From NCBI GenBank assembly GCA_964396265.1, contig CAYNEM010000005.1:9563-73562 (forward strand): a DNA stretch of 64,000 nt, written 5' to 3'. Of the stretch, positions 46,548 to 56,456 are shown in pieces. The notes under the pieces are model-generated. The model was not told the DNA's origin. It saw nothing but the letters and a program-made list of their open reading frames with translations, and ran no database searches. This stretch comes from an uncultured Methanomassiliicoccales archaeon (GTDB taxonomy: Archaea; Thermoplasmatota; Thermoplasmata; RBG-16-68-12; EA-27). Within the stretch, counting starts at the first letter, position 1, and each line of letters opens with the position of its first letter. The position numbers were made by a program, and so were the translations under genes.

Positions 46548-47843
46548 ATGGAGAAGCCGATCCTCCAGGTGGCCCTCGACTTCATGCACCTGAAGCGGGC
46601 CCTCCAGGCCGCAAAGGAAGCCGTCGAGGGCGGCGCGGACTGGATCGAGGCGGGCACGCCCCTCGTGAAGTCCGAGGGGGTCGAGTCCGTCCGTGCGCTC
46701 CGGAGGGCGTTCCCGGACCGGACGATCGTCGCGGACCTGAAGGTCATGGACACGGGGGCCCTCGAGGTCGAGATCGCCGCCAAGGCGGGGGCGAACGTCG
46801 TCACGGTGATGGGCGTCACGGACGACGCGACGATCACGGAGGCCGTGAAGGCCGCGCGCCGTTACGGCGCGAAGATCATGGTCGACCTCATGCGGGTGAA
46901 GGACAAGCCGAAGCGGGCGAAGGAGCTGCAGGCGCTCGGGGTCGACTACCTGAACATGCACGTCAGCATCGACGAGCAGATGATCGCGCACACGCCGCTC
47001 GAGGAACTGAAGGCCGTGTGCAAGGCTTCGGACCTGCCGGTGGCCGTCGCGGGCGGACTGAACAGCGAGACCGTCGCGCAGGCCGTGGAGGCCGGCGCGC
47101 GGATCGTCATCGTCGGCGGCGCGATCATCAAGGCGGAGAAGGTCGTCGAGGCCACGAAGGCAATCAAGAAGGCCATCGACAAGAAGATCCGGATTCCGAC
47201 GGGGCTCTTCAAGAAGTACTCGCACGAGGAGCTGTTCGAGGCGTTCCAGAAGGTCAGCACGCCGAACCTCGCGGACGCGATGCAGAAGCGGGGCGTGCTG
47301 CGGGGCATCCTTCCGCGGAACCCGCACGGGGTGAAGATGATCGGCCGTGCGGTGACCGTGAAGACCGCGGATGGGGACTGGGCGAAGCCTGTCGAGGCGA
47401 TCGACCGCGCGGGGAAGGGGGACGTGATCGTCATCGACGTCGGCGGCGGTCCCACCGCGGTGTGGGGCGAACTCGCCTCGTGGTCGTGCAAGGTGAAGGG
47501 CGTCGCGGGCGTCGTCATCGACGGGGCGGCGCGGGATATCGACACGATCATCGACATCGGGTTCCCGTGCTTCTCCCGCCACATCGCACCGCACGCGGGC
47601 GAGCCGAAAGGCCACGGGGATATCGGCTCGGAGATCGAATGCGGCGGCCAGGTCGTGCGCGCCGGCGATTGGATGATCGGCGACGATTCCGGGGTGGTCG
47701 TCGTTCCCCAGGAGTTGGCGGTGGAGATGGCGAACCGCGCGCTCGACGTGCTCGAACGGGAGAATCGGATCCGCGAGGAGATCAAGCGCGGGGGGACGTT
47801 GTCGTCCGTGCTCGAGCTCGAGAAGTGGGAGAAGGTGGGTTAG
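46548..47843 (+). CDS. hxlA: 3-hexulose-6-phosphate synthase fused to RraA/HMG-aldolase-like domain
   Basis: LQVALD, IEAGTPL, VADLKVMD, VAGG; C-term GRAVTV, VWGELA, DGAARD, GDDSGVV. Confidence 0.9.
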   Translation: MEKPILQVALDFMHLKRALQAAKEAVEGGADWIEAGTPLVKSEGVESVRALRRAFPDRTIVADLKVMDTGALEVEIAAKAGANVVTVMGVTDDATITEAVKAARRYGAKIMVDLMRVKDKPKRAKELQALGVDYLNMHVSIDEQMIAHTPLEELKAVCKASDLPVAVAGGLNSETVAQAVEAGARIVIVGGAIIKAEKVVEATKAIKKAIDKKIRIPTGLFKKYSHEELFEAFQKVSTPNLADAMQKRGVLRGILPRNPHGVKMIGRAVTVKTADGDWAKPVEAIDRAGKGDVIVIDVGGGPTAVWGELASWSCKVKGVAGVVIDGAARDIDTIIDIGFPCFSRHIAPHAGEPKGHGDIGSEIECGGQVVRAGDWMIGDDSGVVVVPQELAVEMANRALDVLERENRIREEIKRGGTLSSVLELEKWEKVG

Positions 47844-48214
47844 GCGGAGGTCGCGGCAACCGCCAGCAGCCGCTCTTTCCGACGCACATGCCCGGAGTGC
47901 GGATCGACCTCAAGACGTAGTCCCTCCATGGAGTACGCACCGAGTACGCTCATGTCTCCGGGTTCTCCAAACACCGCAAGAGTCTCCATCGAGCGACCGA
48001 GGTAGTGGACGTACATCCGTCCCACGTCACGAACCATCGGTTCTCCGTTCGCAAGCTCGTACTCCTCACGCCATTCCGGCCGGACCCCCATCCGCTGGAG
48101 GAACCGCAATGGGAGGATCGAGTCAGCGGCTCCCGTATCGACCAGGAGACGGATGCGCCTCTTCCGTCCCCGGAATGTCTTTGAAACCTCGACCGTTACA
48201 TAGGTCATGCCCAT
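47840..48214 (-). CDS. clan AA (retropepsin-like) aspartyl protease
   Basis: LLVDTGAADS; VLGAYSMEGLRLEVDP. Confidence 0.85.
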   Translation of the reverse strand: MGMTYVTVEVSKTFRGRKRRIRLLVDTGAADSILPLRFLQRMGVRPEWREEYELANGEPMVRDVGRMYVHYLGRSMETLAVFGEPGDMSVLGAYSMEGLRLEVDPHSGHVRRKERLLAVAATSA

Positions 48215-48282
48215 GACCTCCTGCGTACCATTGATACATCATCCTTGTGCGCAGTACATGTATCTGTCGTCGAGGCAGCCCC

Positions 48283-48573
48283 CTAACGCAGCGCCGAAGT
48301 GACTTTGCGCACCTTTTCCTCCATGGGCGGCGATGGCCCGCGGCGGGAATCGATCTTGATGGCGATGGACAGTCGCTTGCAGTCCTGAAGTAGCGTGTCG
48401 TTGCATTCCTTGATCACCGCCATCACCTCGTCCCACGGGCCCTCGACGACCGTCCCCATCGGGTTCACGTCGTACTTCAACCCGCTGTTGTGGACGATCC
48501 GCACGGCCCTCGCCACATGCTTGTGCACGCTCACGCCCGCCCCGATCGGTGTCACGCTGAACTCCGCGATCAT
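48283..48573 (-). CDS. MTH1187/YkoF family thiamine-binding protein
   Basis: MIAEFSVTPIG...SGLKYDVNPMGTVVEG...IKIDSR. Confidence 0.9.
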   Translation of the reverse strand: MIAEFSVTPIGAGVSVHKHVARAVRIVHNSGLKYDVNPMGTVVEGPWDEVMAVIKECNDTLLQDCKRLSIAIKIDSRRGPSPPMEEKVRKVTSALR

Positions 48574-48634
48574 GACATCCCGGCCGGGGCATCGCGGCAA
48601 GACCTTAAGGCCGCGGGCTTCATCGCGAAGGGTC

Positions 48635-49384
48635 GTGGACCGCGAGAAGCTCGCGCGGGTCATGCGGGACGTCCGCGAGGGCCGCCTGACCGTCGGCCAG
48701 GCGATGGAGGAGGTCCGCGGGCTCCCGTTCGAGGACCTCGGCTTCGCAAAGGTCGACACGCACCGCTCGCTCCGGAAGGGATTTCCGGAGGCCGTGTACT
48801 GCCCGGGAAAGACGGACGCGCAGGTCGTCGCAATCGTCGAACGACTGGCGGCGCACTCGAGCACGGTCCTTGCGACCCGGGCAACGCCGGAGAACTTTCG
48901 CGCGGTCCGAACTGCGGTCAAGAGCAAACCAGTCGCGTATCACGAGTCGGCCCGGATGATCGTCGTCGGGGACCTCCCGAAGAGGCGGATGGGACGCGTG
49001 CTCGTCCTGACGGCCGGCACCTCCGACCTTCCGGTCGCGGAGGAGGCGGCGCTGACCGCGGAGGCGATGGGGGCGCGCTGCGAACGGCTCGCGGACGTGG
49101 GTGTCGCCGGCGTCCACCGCGTGCTCGAGCACCGCCACATGCTGGAGCGGGCCAAGGTCATCGTCGTGGTCGCCGGCATGGAGGGTGCGCTGCCGAGCGT
49201 CGTGAGCGGCCTCGTCGAATGCCCGGTGATCGCGGTGCCGACGAGCGTCGGCTACGGCGCGAGCTTCGACGGGCTGGCGGCGCTCCTCGCCATGCTCAAC
49301 GCGTGCTCGCCGGGCGTGGCGGTCGTCAACATCGACAACGGATACGGGGCGGGCTACCTGGCGGCGACGATCAACCGGATCTAG
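48635..49384 (+). CDS. larB: nickel pincer cofactor biosynthesis protein LarB (PurE-like)
   Basis: DLGFAKVDTHR, AGTSDLPVAEE, DVGVAG, AGMEGAL, PTSVGYG, VVNIDNG. Confidence 0.93.
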   Translation: MDREKLARVMRDVREGRLTVGQAMEEVRGLPFEDLGFAKVDTHRSLRKGFPEAVYCPGKTDAQVVAIVERLAAHSSTVLATRATPENFRAVRTAVKSKPVAYHESARMIVVGDLPKRRMGRVLVLTAGTSDLPVAEEAALTAEAMGARCERLADVGVAGVHRVLEHRHMLERAKVIVVVAGMEGALPSVVSGLVECPVIAVPTSVGYGASFDGLAALLAMLNACSPGVAVVNIDNGYGAGYLAATINRI

Positions 49385-50046
49385 AAGAAGAACACGCCGA
49401 GGCTCCAGCCGGTGTACCCGATCGCGACGAGCGCAGCCACCATTCCCACCCAGAGCGGCTTGCTGGCGGCGAGTATCTTTGATCCGTCGAGCGGGGGGAA
49501 GGGCACGAGGTTGAACCCGCCGAGGAAGAGGTTCACGAAGGCGATCGTTCCGATGAGGAAGGGGATGAGGCCTCCGGTGGGGCCCGTGGCGGCGCCGAGC
49601 CCGAGGGCGAGTGCGAGGAATGCGGTCGCGATCACGAGGTTCGTCCCCGGTCCCGCCGCGCTGATCCGCCCGTGCTGTCTCATGGTCACGTTGCCCGAGA
49701 TCACAACCGCGCCGGGCATCGCGAACAGGAACCCGAACGCGGCCGTGAGGATCCCGAGGGCCAGGCCGGAGAGGGAGTACCGGAATTCCGCGAAGCAGCC
49801 GTAGCGCTGGGCGAGGAGCTTGTGGGCAAGCTCGTGGAGCAGGAACGCGGTGATCACGGCGACGAACGAGGACACGAGCACGACACCGAGCACGGCGAGA
49901 TCGCCGGTCAGAAAGCCAACGCCCGTGATTCCCCCGACCGTGGTGAGCATGAACGCCAGGGTCATCGCTCCGACGGCGACGAGGATCTGCCGGACCTCCT
50001 CCCCGCCGAACTGCAGGGCGCGCCGAGGCTGTGGCTGCACGGTCAC
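49381..50046 (-). CDS. site-2 protease (M50) family metalloprotease
   Basis: HELAH, AAGPGTN, NLVPFPPLDG. Confidence 0.92.
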   Translation of the reverse strand: MTVQPQPRRALQFGGEEVRQILVAVGAMTLAFMLTTVGGITGVGFLTGDLAVLGVVLVSSFVAVITAFLLHELAHKLLAQRYGCFAEFRYSLSGLALGILTAAFGFLFAMPGAVVISGNVTMRQHGRISAAGPGTNLVIATAFLALALGLGAATGPTGGLIPFLIGTIAFVNLFLGGFNLVPFPPLDGSKILAASKPLWVGMVAALVAIGYTGWSLGVFFF

Positions 50047-50092
50047 CCAGGAGAACAAGGTAGCCGCCAATCGACGGTCCGTATAAGATGGT

Positions 50093-50947
50093 TCACCCGA
50101 GCTTCGCGCCGCAGTTGTCGCACAGGCGATCGCTGGGGGAAACGGCCTCCTCGCAGATCGCACAGCTGGAACGAGGTCCCGGCTCTCGCTTCGCGACCTG
50201 CCCGCGTACGATCTCGGCGAACTTCCCGCGGAACGCCCCCTCGCCTTCCTCCCGGAGCAGCTGCTCGAGGGGGGAGGTGTCGATGCCGTGCGACCGCCAT
50301 TCCTCGAACTGCTGGGCGTGGCTCGTCCCTGTCGCGGACGCCCCCGGGATGGGATCGAACGCATCGAGGATCTCGTCCCGAAGGTCCGTCGGCATCTCGC
50401 GGAAGTCCGGATCCGACGCCAGGTCGTCGACCTCGCCCACGACCTGCGCAAGCTGCCCCTCGATCTCCTCCATCGTCGGCTGCCGTTCCGCGCGCACGCC
50501 GCAGGCGGGACACGTCGCGGCCGCGGAGGGCTTCGGGGTGAGGCACACCGCGCACGGGACCTCCTTCCGGATGCGTGGGGCGTTCCGCATCTCGCCGAGG
50601 TTCACCTTCCTCGCGAGCGTCCGGTGAAGGCCGAGCCGGACCGCGCGGTCCGAGAGCCCGAGCTTGAGAACATCCGAAGGGTCCGCGTACCCGTGCCCGT
50701 ACAGCCATCGGGCGGTGCGGTCGTCGATGCCGGGCATCTGGGTCAGGCGTCGGAGCGTGTCCGCGGGCGCGGCCACGAGGGCCGGCAGGGATTCCCAACA
50801 CGCGTCGCAGCGCGCGATTGGCCCCGAAAACTCCTTTCCGCAAGATGAGCACTTCGCACCGCCGGCGCGGACCACGGTCCCGCAGCGCGGGCATATATCG
50901 CCCTCTCCGCGCCAATTGCAGACCGCGCACACAGCGGGCGCCAGCAT
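50093..50947 (-). CDS. multi zinc-ribbon protein with HhH motif
   Basis: Eight CxxC motifs; LTQMPGIDDRTARWL helix-hairpin-helix. Confidence 0.75.
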   Translation of the reverse strand: MLAPAVCAVCNWRGEGDICPRCGTVVRAGGAKCSSCGKEFSGPIARCDACWESLPALVAAPADTLRRLTQMPGIDDRTARWLYGHGYADPSDVLKLGLSDRAVRLGLHRTLARKVNLGEMRNAPRIRKEVPCAVCLTPKPSAAATCPACGVRAERQPTMEEIEGQLAQVVGEVDDLASDPDFREMPTDLRDEILDAFDPIPGASATGTSHAQQFEEWRSHGIDTSPLEQLLREEGEGAFRGKFAEIVRGQVAKREPGPRSSCAICEEAVSPSDRLCDNCGAKLG

Positions 50948-51006
50948 GGCCTTAACGCATGGGTTGCAGGCTAAATCAACCCGCGCTCTCGGTTATCATG
51001 AGACCG

Positions 51007-52377
51007 CTAGGCGGCCGCCTTCCGCTCGAAGACCCAGAGGGCGAGGACGAACAGGAGGATGAACCAGAAGACGGCCGCTGCGCCCAGCGTGGCCGCGTCC
51101 AGCGCGGTGCCGCCTCCGATAGGGCTCAGCGCCACGGGCGCCGCCAAGGAGATCAGCGCGCCCACAACGCTCGAAGGGTTCCCAAGGGCGGCATACTGAG
51201 CAATCCGGGCCTCCATCGCGTAGTCGCCCCCGCTGAAGATCGCCGCAACAACGAAGGTCACGATGCTGTATAGTATGTTCAGGAGGAGCCAGATCAGGAC
51301 CCCGAAGAGGACGGCCGTACCGCTCGTCTTCGCGAGCGTCGACAGTGCGAGCTGGAGGAGCACATAGTAGGCAATCAGAAGAAGTGAGTAGCCGATGAAC
51401 GCAGCGGCGAACGATCCCGTCGGGGCCTTTCCGGAAGCTGCGCTGATCGCGCCGATCCCAGCGAGGTTCACAAGGGTCACCGGAACCGCGACCGCCGCAA
51501 ACGATGCGAAGAACTTCCCGAGCAACACACCCGTGCGACTTGCGGGGCGCGACAGCAGAAGGTCCATGGTTCCCTGGACGCGCTCCTTCGATACCGCGTC
51601 GAAGCTGATCACGATGGCAAAGATTGAGACGATTAACGCTGAAAACGCCGAGATCACGAGGAGGACGAAGTCCGGTCCACTGAGAAATGCAGGCCCGCCA
51701 CCCTCCGGCACGTACACGAAGGTCACGTACACCTCTCCGCCGACATCCAGCGTGACGTTCCACTCCCCGGGAGGAAGTTCAAGCAGGATGAACCCGTGGG
51801 AGTCCAGATTTCCCTCCACGGTTCCGTTCACGCGAACCGTCCCTGGGACAGGGTCGCCGGTTAGGTTCAGGACATGGAGGGAGAAGTCGTCGAAGGCGCC
51901 GTCCGCGTCCACGTCGGACTGACCCGACGAAACCGTGAAGTTCTGGGAGGGGACGGAGTCCCATCCGATGCCGACGCCGACCTCGAACGTCCCGAGACGC
52001 ACGGAGGCGAACACGAACGAAACGTTGCCGACGTTCAGGCGGGCGAACCCGTCCGCGTCTGTGCGGGCCTCACCGATCGTGCCGCCACCAAAGCTCTCTA
52101 CGAACGTTACGGTGCGGTCGACGAGGGGGGCCCCGAATGGCTCCGCGACCCACGCGACGGCAACGTGGTCTCCGTTCTCAAGCGCCGGATGGCCCCACAC
52201 CGCGAGCGGACCAGCCCCGGTCGAGCCACCGAAGAGGCCGCTGATGCCGAAGGCCCCCCCAACAACCACGAGTGCGGCGACCAGCGCCATCACGACGAAG
52301 CGGACACTCTTCAGGTTTCCGAGGAACTCCTGCAGGAAGACCTGTCGCATCCCGCGAAGAAACGCCGGGAACCTCAC
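51007..52377 (-). CDS. ABC-2 transporter permease with extracellular insert
   Basis: FDAVSKERVQGTMDLLLSRP...GKF motif; multiple TMs. Confidence 0.88.
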   Translation of the reverse strand: MRFPAFLRGMRQVFLQEFLGNLKSVRFVVMALVAALVVVGGAFGISGLFGGSTGAGPLAVWGHPALENGDHVAVAWVAEPFGAPLVDRTVTFVESFGGGTIGEARTDADGFARLNVGNVSFVFASVRLGTFEVGVGIGWDSVPSQNFTVSSGQSDVDADGAFDDFSLHVLNLTGDPVPGTVRVNGTVEGNLDSHGFILLELPPGEWNVTLDVGGEVYVTFVYVPEGGGPAFLSGPDFVLLVISAFSALIVSIFAIVISFDAVSKERVQGTMDLLLSRPASRTGVLLGKFFASFAAVAVPVTLVNLAGIGAISAASGKAPTGSFAAAFIGYSLLLIAYYVLLQLALSTLAKTSGTAVLFGVLIWLLLNILYSIVTFVVAAIFSGGDYAMEARIAQYAALGNPSSVVGALISLAAPVALSPIGGGTALDAATLGAAAVFWFILLFVLALWVFERKAAA

Positions 52378-53321
52378 GGAGCGCCCCCTTTCGTGAGCGC
52401 GAGGAAGAGATCCTCGAGCGAGCGCTGTTCAGCACGCAATCCCCGGAGCTGGGCGCCCGCGAGGACGAGCGCCCTGCTGACCTCCGCGCTGACATCCGAC
52501 GCTGCTTCTGCTGTGATGTCTACCCCGACCTCTGTCTTCTGCACGTTCGTGACACCGGGAATCCCTCGCAGGGCCGAGAGTGCGACATCGGTGACCCCGG
52601 TGGCAGCGACATGGAGGACCGTCGGCGCTCCGACCGCCAACCGCGAAGTCAAGTTCGTAATCGTGTCCACCGCCACGATCCGCCCGCGGTCGATGATCCC
52701 GACACGGTGGCACAGCTGTTCGACCTCGGACAGCAGGTGGGAGGAAAGAAAGATCGTCTTCCCATCGCGGTTCAGCGAACGGATCAGATCGCGGAAGTAC
52801 CGCATTCCCTGGGGGTCGAGTCCGTTTGCGGGCTCGTCCATGATGAGGACGTCCGGGTCGTGCAACAGGCACTGCGCGAGGGCGAGCCGCTTCTTCATCC
52901 CGTGACTGTACGCCTTGAGCTTCTTGCCCGCCGCGTCCCCGAGGCCGAGGCGATCGAGGAAGTCCTTCGCCCGCTTCCGCGCCTCCGGACGCGGGATCTT
53001 GTGGAACGAGGCGTAGTACAGGAGATGCTGCTCGCCGGTCAGCGTCGGATAGAACGAGACCTCGTCGGGCATGAGGCCGAGCCTCTCCTTCACCGCCAAC
53101 GGCTCGACGCTCAGGTCGTGTCCGTCGATCCGGATCGTGCCCGCGGTGGGGTCGAGCACGGTCGAGAGGATGCGAATTGTCGTCGTCTTGCCCGCGCCGT
53201 TCGGGCCGAGGAAGCCGAAGATGTCGCCCTTCGGGACCTGGAACGTGACGTCGTCGAGCGCGCGGGGCGAACGTCGGCCGTACGACTTCACGAGCCCTTC
53301 GACCTCGATCACGAGGGCCAC
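52374..53321 (-). CDS. ABC transporter ATP-binding protein
   Basis: GPNGAGKTT, YSHGMKK, MDEPANGLDP, SSH. Confidence 0.95.
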   Translation of the reverse strand: MALVIEVEGLVKSYGRRSPRALDDVTFQVPKGDIFGFLGPNGAGKTTTIRILSTVLDPTAGTIRIDGHDLSVEPLAVKERLGLMPDEVSFYPTLTGEQHLLYYASFHKIPRPEARKRAKDFLDRLGLGDAAGKKLKAYSHGMKKRLALAQCLLHDPDVLIMDEPANGLDPQGMRYFRDLIRSLNRDGKTIFLSSHLLSEVEQLCHRVGIIDRGRIVAVDTITNLTSRLAVGAPTVLHVAATGVTDVALSALRGIPGVTNVQKTEVGVDITAEAASDVSAEVSRALVLAGAQLRGLRAEQRSLEDLFLALTKGGAP

Positions 53322-53405
53322 GGACGACTCCGAGCCTCAAAAGGGTTTTCACGAGGCGTACCTGCAGTGAGCACATTCACGCATCCCCCCTGAAGTAAGG
53401 ACGCG

Positions 53406-55274
53406 TTGCGCAACCTCGGCGACGGCGTGCCCTCCTTCTTTCCCTTCGACCGCGTGAGGCCGAGCCAGGCCGCCTTCCTCGAGGACGCGCGTCGGGCGAT
53501 CGCGGCGGGCAAGCACCTCGTGGCCCACGCGCCCACGGGCCTCGGGAAGACCGCGGTGGCGTTGGCGGCGGGGATCGAGCACGCCTTGCGCAAGGACCTC
53601 GTCGTCCTCTTCTTGACGTCGAAGCAGAGCCAGCATCGCATCGCGATCGAGACGGTGCAGCGCATGCGGGCGCGAGGGGTCGACCTCCAGGTCGTGGACG
53701 TGATCGGGAAGCACGCGATGTGCCTGCAGCCGGACGCGCCTCGGGGCGGACGCGCGTTCCACGCGTACTGCGACATGAAGGTCGCCTCGCGCGCGTGCGC
53801 GTTCTACCGCACGGACGCCGAGTCCGCCGTCGGGGAGATCGGCGAACACACGCTCCACGTCCAAGACCTCATCGAGGTGAGTCGCCGCCACGGGGTGTGC
53901 CCGCACAAGGCCGCCCTCGAGGCCGCGAAGAGCGCGATCACGATCGTGTGCGACTACAACTACGTGTTCAGCGACCTGCAGGAGAGGATCTTCGGGCGGA
54001 TCGGCCGGTCCCTCGACGAATCGATCCTCCTCGTCGACGAGGCGCACAACCTCCCGGACCGGATCCGGGGCCAACAGTGCGGGGACCTCTCCCTGTTCAG
54101 CCTCACGCGCGCCGCCCGCGATGCGCGGCAGGTCGAAACGGAGCTGGCGGCGGTGCTGAACGCGATCGCGCAGGCCCTGCAGGCTGCGCTGCGCGTGTTC
54201 CCCAAGGAGAGCCGCGTGACCCGCGACTTCCTCGATGACATCCTGGAGACCGCGACCCGCGGCGGACCCGCCGTCCGCTCCGAGGACCTCTCGCGGGATT
54301 GCCGTCGAGCCGGCGAATTCCTCCTGCGGCTTGGGGTGCCGACGACGTTGCTCGACGTGTCCGCGTTCCTTCGGATGTGGGGGGAGCGCGAGGAGGCCGT
54401 CCTGCGCCTCGCGGACGGCGGCGCGGAGAAGCGCGTCTCCTACCGCCTTCTCGATGCGTCGATCCTCAGCCGCCCCGTGTTCCGAGAGGTGCACGCATCC
54501 GTCGTCATGAGCGGGACGCTCCACCCCGCCGGGATGTACGCGGACCTCCTCGGGCTCGAGCCGGAGCGCCGCGTCCTTCGCGCGTACGCGTCGCCGTTTC
54601 CCCCGGAGAACCGGTGCCTGCTCGTGACGCCGCGCGTGACGACCGCGTACGGTCGGAGGGACGAGCCCATGTACAGGGCGATCGCGGAGGAGATCACGCG
54701 CGTCGCCGCGGCGGTCCCGGGCAACGTGGCCGCGTTCTTCCCCTCCTACGACCTCATGGAGCACGTGCTCGCGCGCGTACGCTGGTCCGACATGCCGAAG
54801 GAGGCCCTCGTCGAGAAACGCACGTGGACCAAGGTGGAGCGCGACCACTCCCTCGGGTGGCTCCAGTCTCGCCGCCAGACTGGAGGGCTCATCGCCGGCG
54901 TCCTTGGCGGCTCTCTGTCCGAGGGCGTGGACTACCGGGACAATCTGCTGTCCGCGGTCTGCATCGTCGGCCTCCCGCTGTCACCGCCGACGCTCGAGGT
55001 CGAGGCGCTCAGGAGCTACTATACGGGAAAGTTTGGCGGGGAGAAGGGATACCAGTACGCGGTCGTGTATCCGGCCCTGAACAAAGTGCTGCAGGCGGCG
55101 GGGAGACCGATCCGCGGCGAGACGGACCGCGCGATCGTCGTGCTGATGGACCGGCGTTATCTGGACCAGCGGTACGCGGCCGGCATGCCGCCGGACTTCC
55201 GGTACCACGCGACGGAGGACGCCGCCAGGGAGGCGATTGCGTTCTTCGATACGCAAGCGGCCGCGGCGGGGTAA
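53406..55274 (+). CDS. xpd: XPD/Rad3 (DinG-family) DNA helicase
   Basis: APTGLGKT, Fe-S Cys residues, DEAH, SGTL, SEGVD, QAAGRPIR. Confidence 0.9.
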   Translation: MRNLGDGVPSFFPFDRVRPSQAAFLEDARRAIAAGKHLVAHAPTGLGKTAVALAAGIEHALRKDLVVLFLTSKQSQHRIAIETVQRMRARGVDLQVVDVIGKHAMCLQPDAPRGGRAFHAYCDMKVASRACAFYRTDAESAVGEIGEHTLHVQDLIEVSRRHGVCPHKAALEAAKSAITIVCDYNYVFSDLQERIFGRIGRSLDESILLVDEAHNLPDRIRGQQCGDLSLFSLTRAARDARQVETELAAVLNAIAQALQAALRVFPKESRVTRDFLDDILETATRGGPAVRSEDLSRDCRRAGEFLLRLGVPTTLLDVSAFLRMWGEREEAVLRLADGGAEKRVSYRLLDASILSRPVFREVHASVVMSGTLHPAGMYADLLGLEPERRVLRAYASPFPPENRCLLVTPRVTTAYGRRDEPMYRAIAEEITRVAAAVPGNVAAFFPSYDLMEHVLARVRWSDMPKEALVEKRTWTKVERDHSLGWLQSRRQTGGLIAGVLGGSLSEGVDYRDNLLSAVCIVGLPLSPPTLEVEALRSYYTGKFGGEKGYQYAVVYPALNKVLQAAGRPIRGETDRAIVVLMDRRYLDQRYAAGMPPDFRYHATEDAAREAIAFFDTQAAAAG

Positions 55275-55304
55275 CCTTATCTAGATTCCTTCGGATGCGC
55301 GCGC

Positions 55305-55913
55305 GTGCTCTTGAAGCGCGGCGCGGAAGCAGAGCTCCGGCGGACCGATTGGCACGGCCGTCGGGCGGTGGAGAAGGTCCGCGTCCCGAAGGCATATCGA
55401 CACGAGAAGATCGACGACGAGTTGCGCCGCCAGCGGATGCGGATGGAGGCACGCCTCATGCACGAGGTTCGTGGGCTTGGCGTCTCCGTCCCGATCCTCT
55501 ACGACGTGGACCTTGTGAGCCACCGCCTCGTGATGGAGTTCATCGACGGGCCGACCGTGAAAGACGTCCTGCAGAAGCGACTCGAGGATCCTCGCGCGGT
55601 CGCGCGGGCAATAGGGCGTGTGGCGGGGACGCTGCACGCGAACGGAGTCGTCCACGGGGACCTGACGACGTCGAACATGCTTTGGCGCGATGGGACGGTG
55701 TACCTGATCGACCTGAGCATGGGCGAGAAGACGGGTTCGCTCGAGGCCCAGGGGGTGGACCTGCGGCTGCTCAAAGAGGCCTGGACGAGCGCTCACTACG
55801 AGGTCCTCGATCTATTTGATGAGGTGCTCGCGGCCTACCGAGCATCGTATCCGAGGGCCGAGGCAGCGATCGCGAAGCTGCGCGAAATCGAGGAGCGGGG
55901 ACGGTACACGTGA
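55305..55913 (+). CDS. bud32: KEOPS complex kinase Bud32
   Basis: RGAEA, PKAYRH, HGDLTTSN, ERGRY C-terminus. Confidence 0.93.
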   Translation: MLLKRGAEAELRRTDWHGRRAVEKVRVPKAYRHEKIDDELRRQRMRMEARLMHEVRGLGVSVPILYDVDLVSHRLVMEFIDGPTVKDVLQKRLEDPRAVARAIGRVAGTLHANGVVHGDLTTSNMLWRDGTVYLIDLSMGEKTGSLEAQGVDLRLLKEAWTSAHYEVLDLFDEVLAAYRASYPRAEAAIAKLREIEERGRYT

Positions 55914-56455
55914 TCCGCTTCGTCACGACGAACGAGGGAAAGTTCCGAGAGGTCTCCCAAGTTCTCGCAGTCCATGGGATCCCGATCGAGCGGCTCGACC
56001 GTCCATACCCGGAGGTGCAGGCGGACACCCTCGAGGAGGTCGTCGCATACGCGCTCGACGTGCTGGGGAGGGACCTCGACGACTTCTTCGTCGACGACAG
56101 CGGGCTCTTCGTGGACGCCCTCCACGGGTTCCCAGGGGTGTACTCCTCCCACACGTTCCGGACGATCGGCGTCGCGGGTCTGGTCTGCCTCCTCCACGGT
56201 GTCACGGATCGGCGCGCGCGGTTCGAGACCGTCATGGGCCTCCGCCGCCAAGGGGAGAACCGGATCGTAAGAGGAGCGTGCCCGGGAACGATCTCGGCGG
56301 AAGCGCGCGGACACGGCGGCTTCGGCTTCGATCCCATCTTCGTTCCCCATGGTCGTGCAGGGACGTTCGCGGAGATGGCCACGGACGAGAAGAGCGCGAT
56401 CTCCCATCGGGGGACCGCCGCGCGCGCTCTGGCGCCGTTGCTCACGGGGCGGTGA
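55910..56455 (+). CDS. rdgB: non-canonical purine NTP pyrophosphatase (RdgB/HAM1)
   Basis: TTNEGKFRE, DDSGL, FPGVYS, GFGFDPIF, SHRG. Confidence 0.95.
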   Translation: MIRFVTTNEGKFREVSQVLAVHGIPIERLDRPYPEVQADTLEEVVAYALDVLGRDLDDFFVDDSGLFVDALHGFPGVYSSHTFRTIGVAGLVCLLHGVTDRRARFETVMGLRRQGENRIVRGACPGTISAEARGHGGFGFDPIFVPHGRAGTFAEMATDEKSAISHRGTAARALAPLLTGR

Positions 56456-56456
56456 T

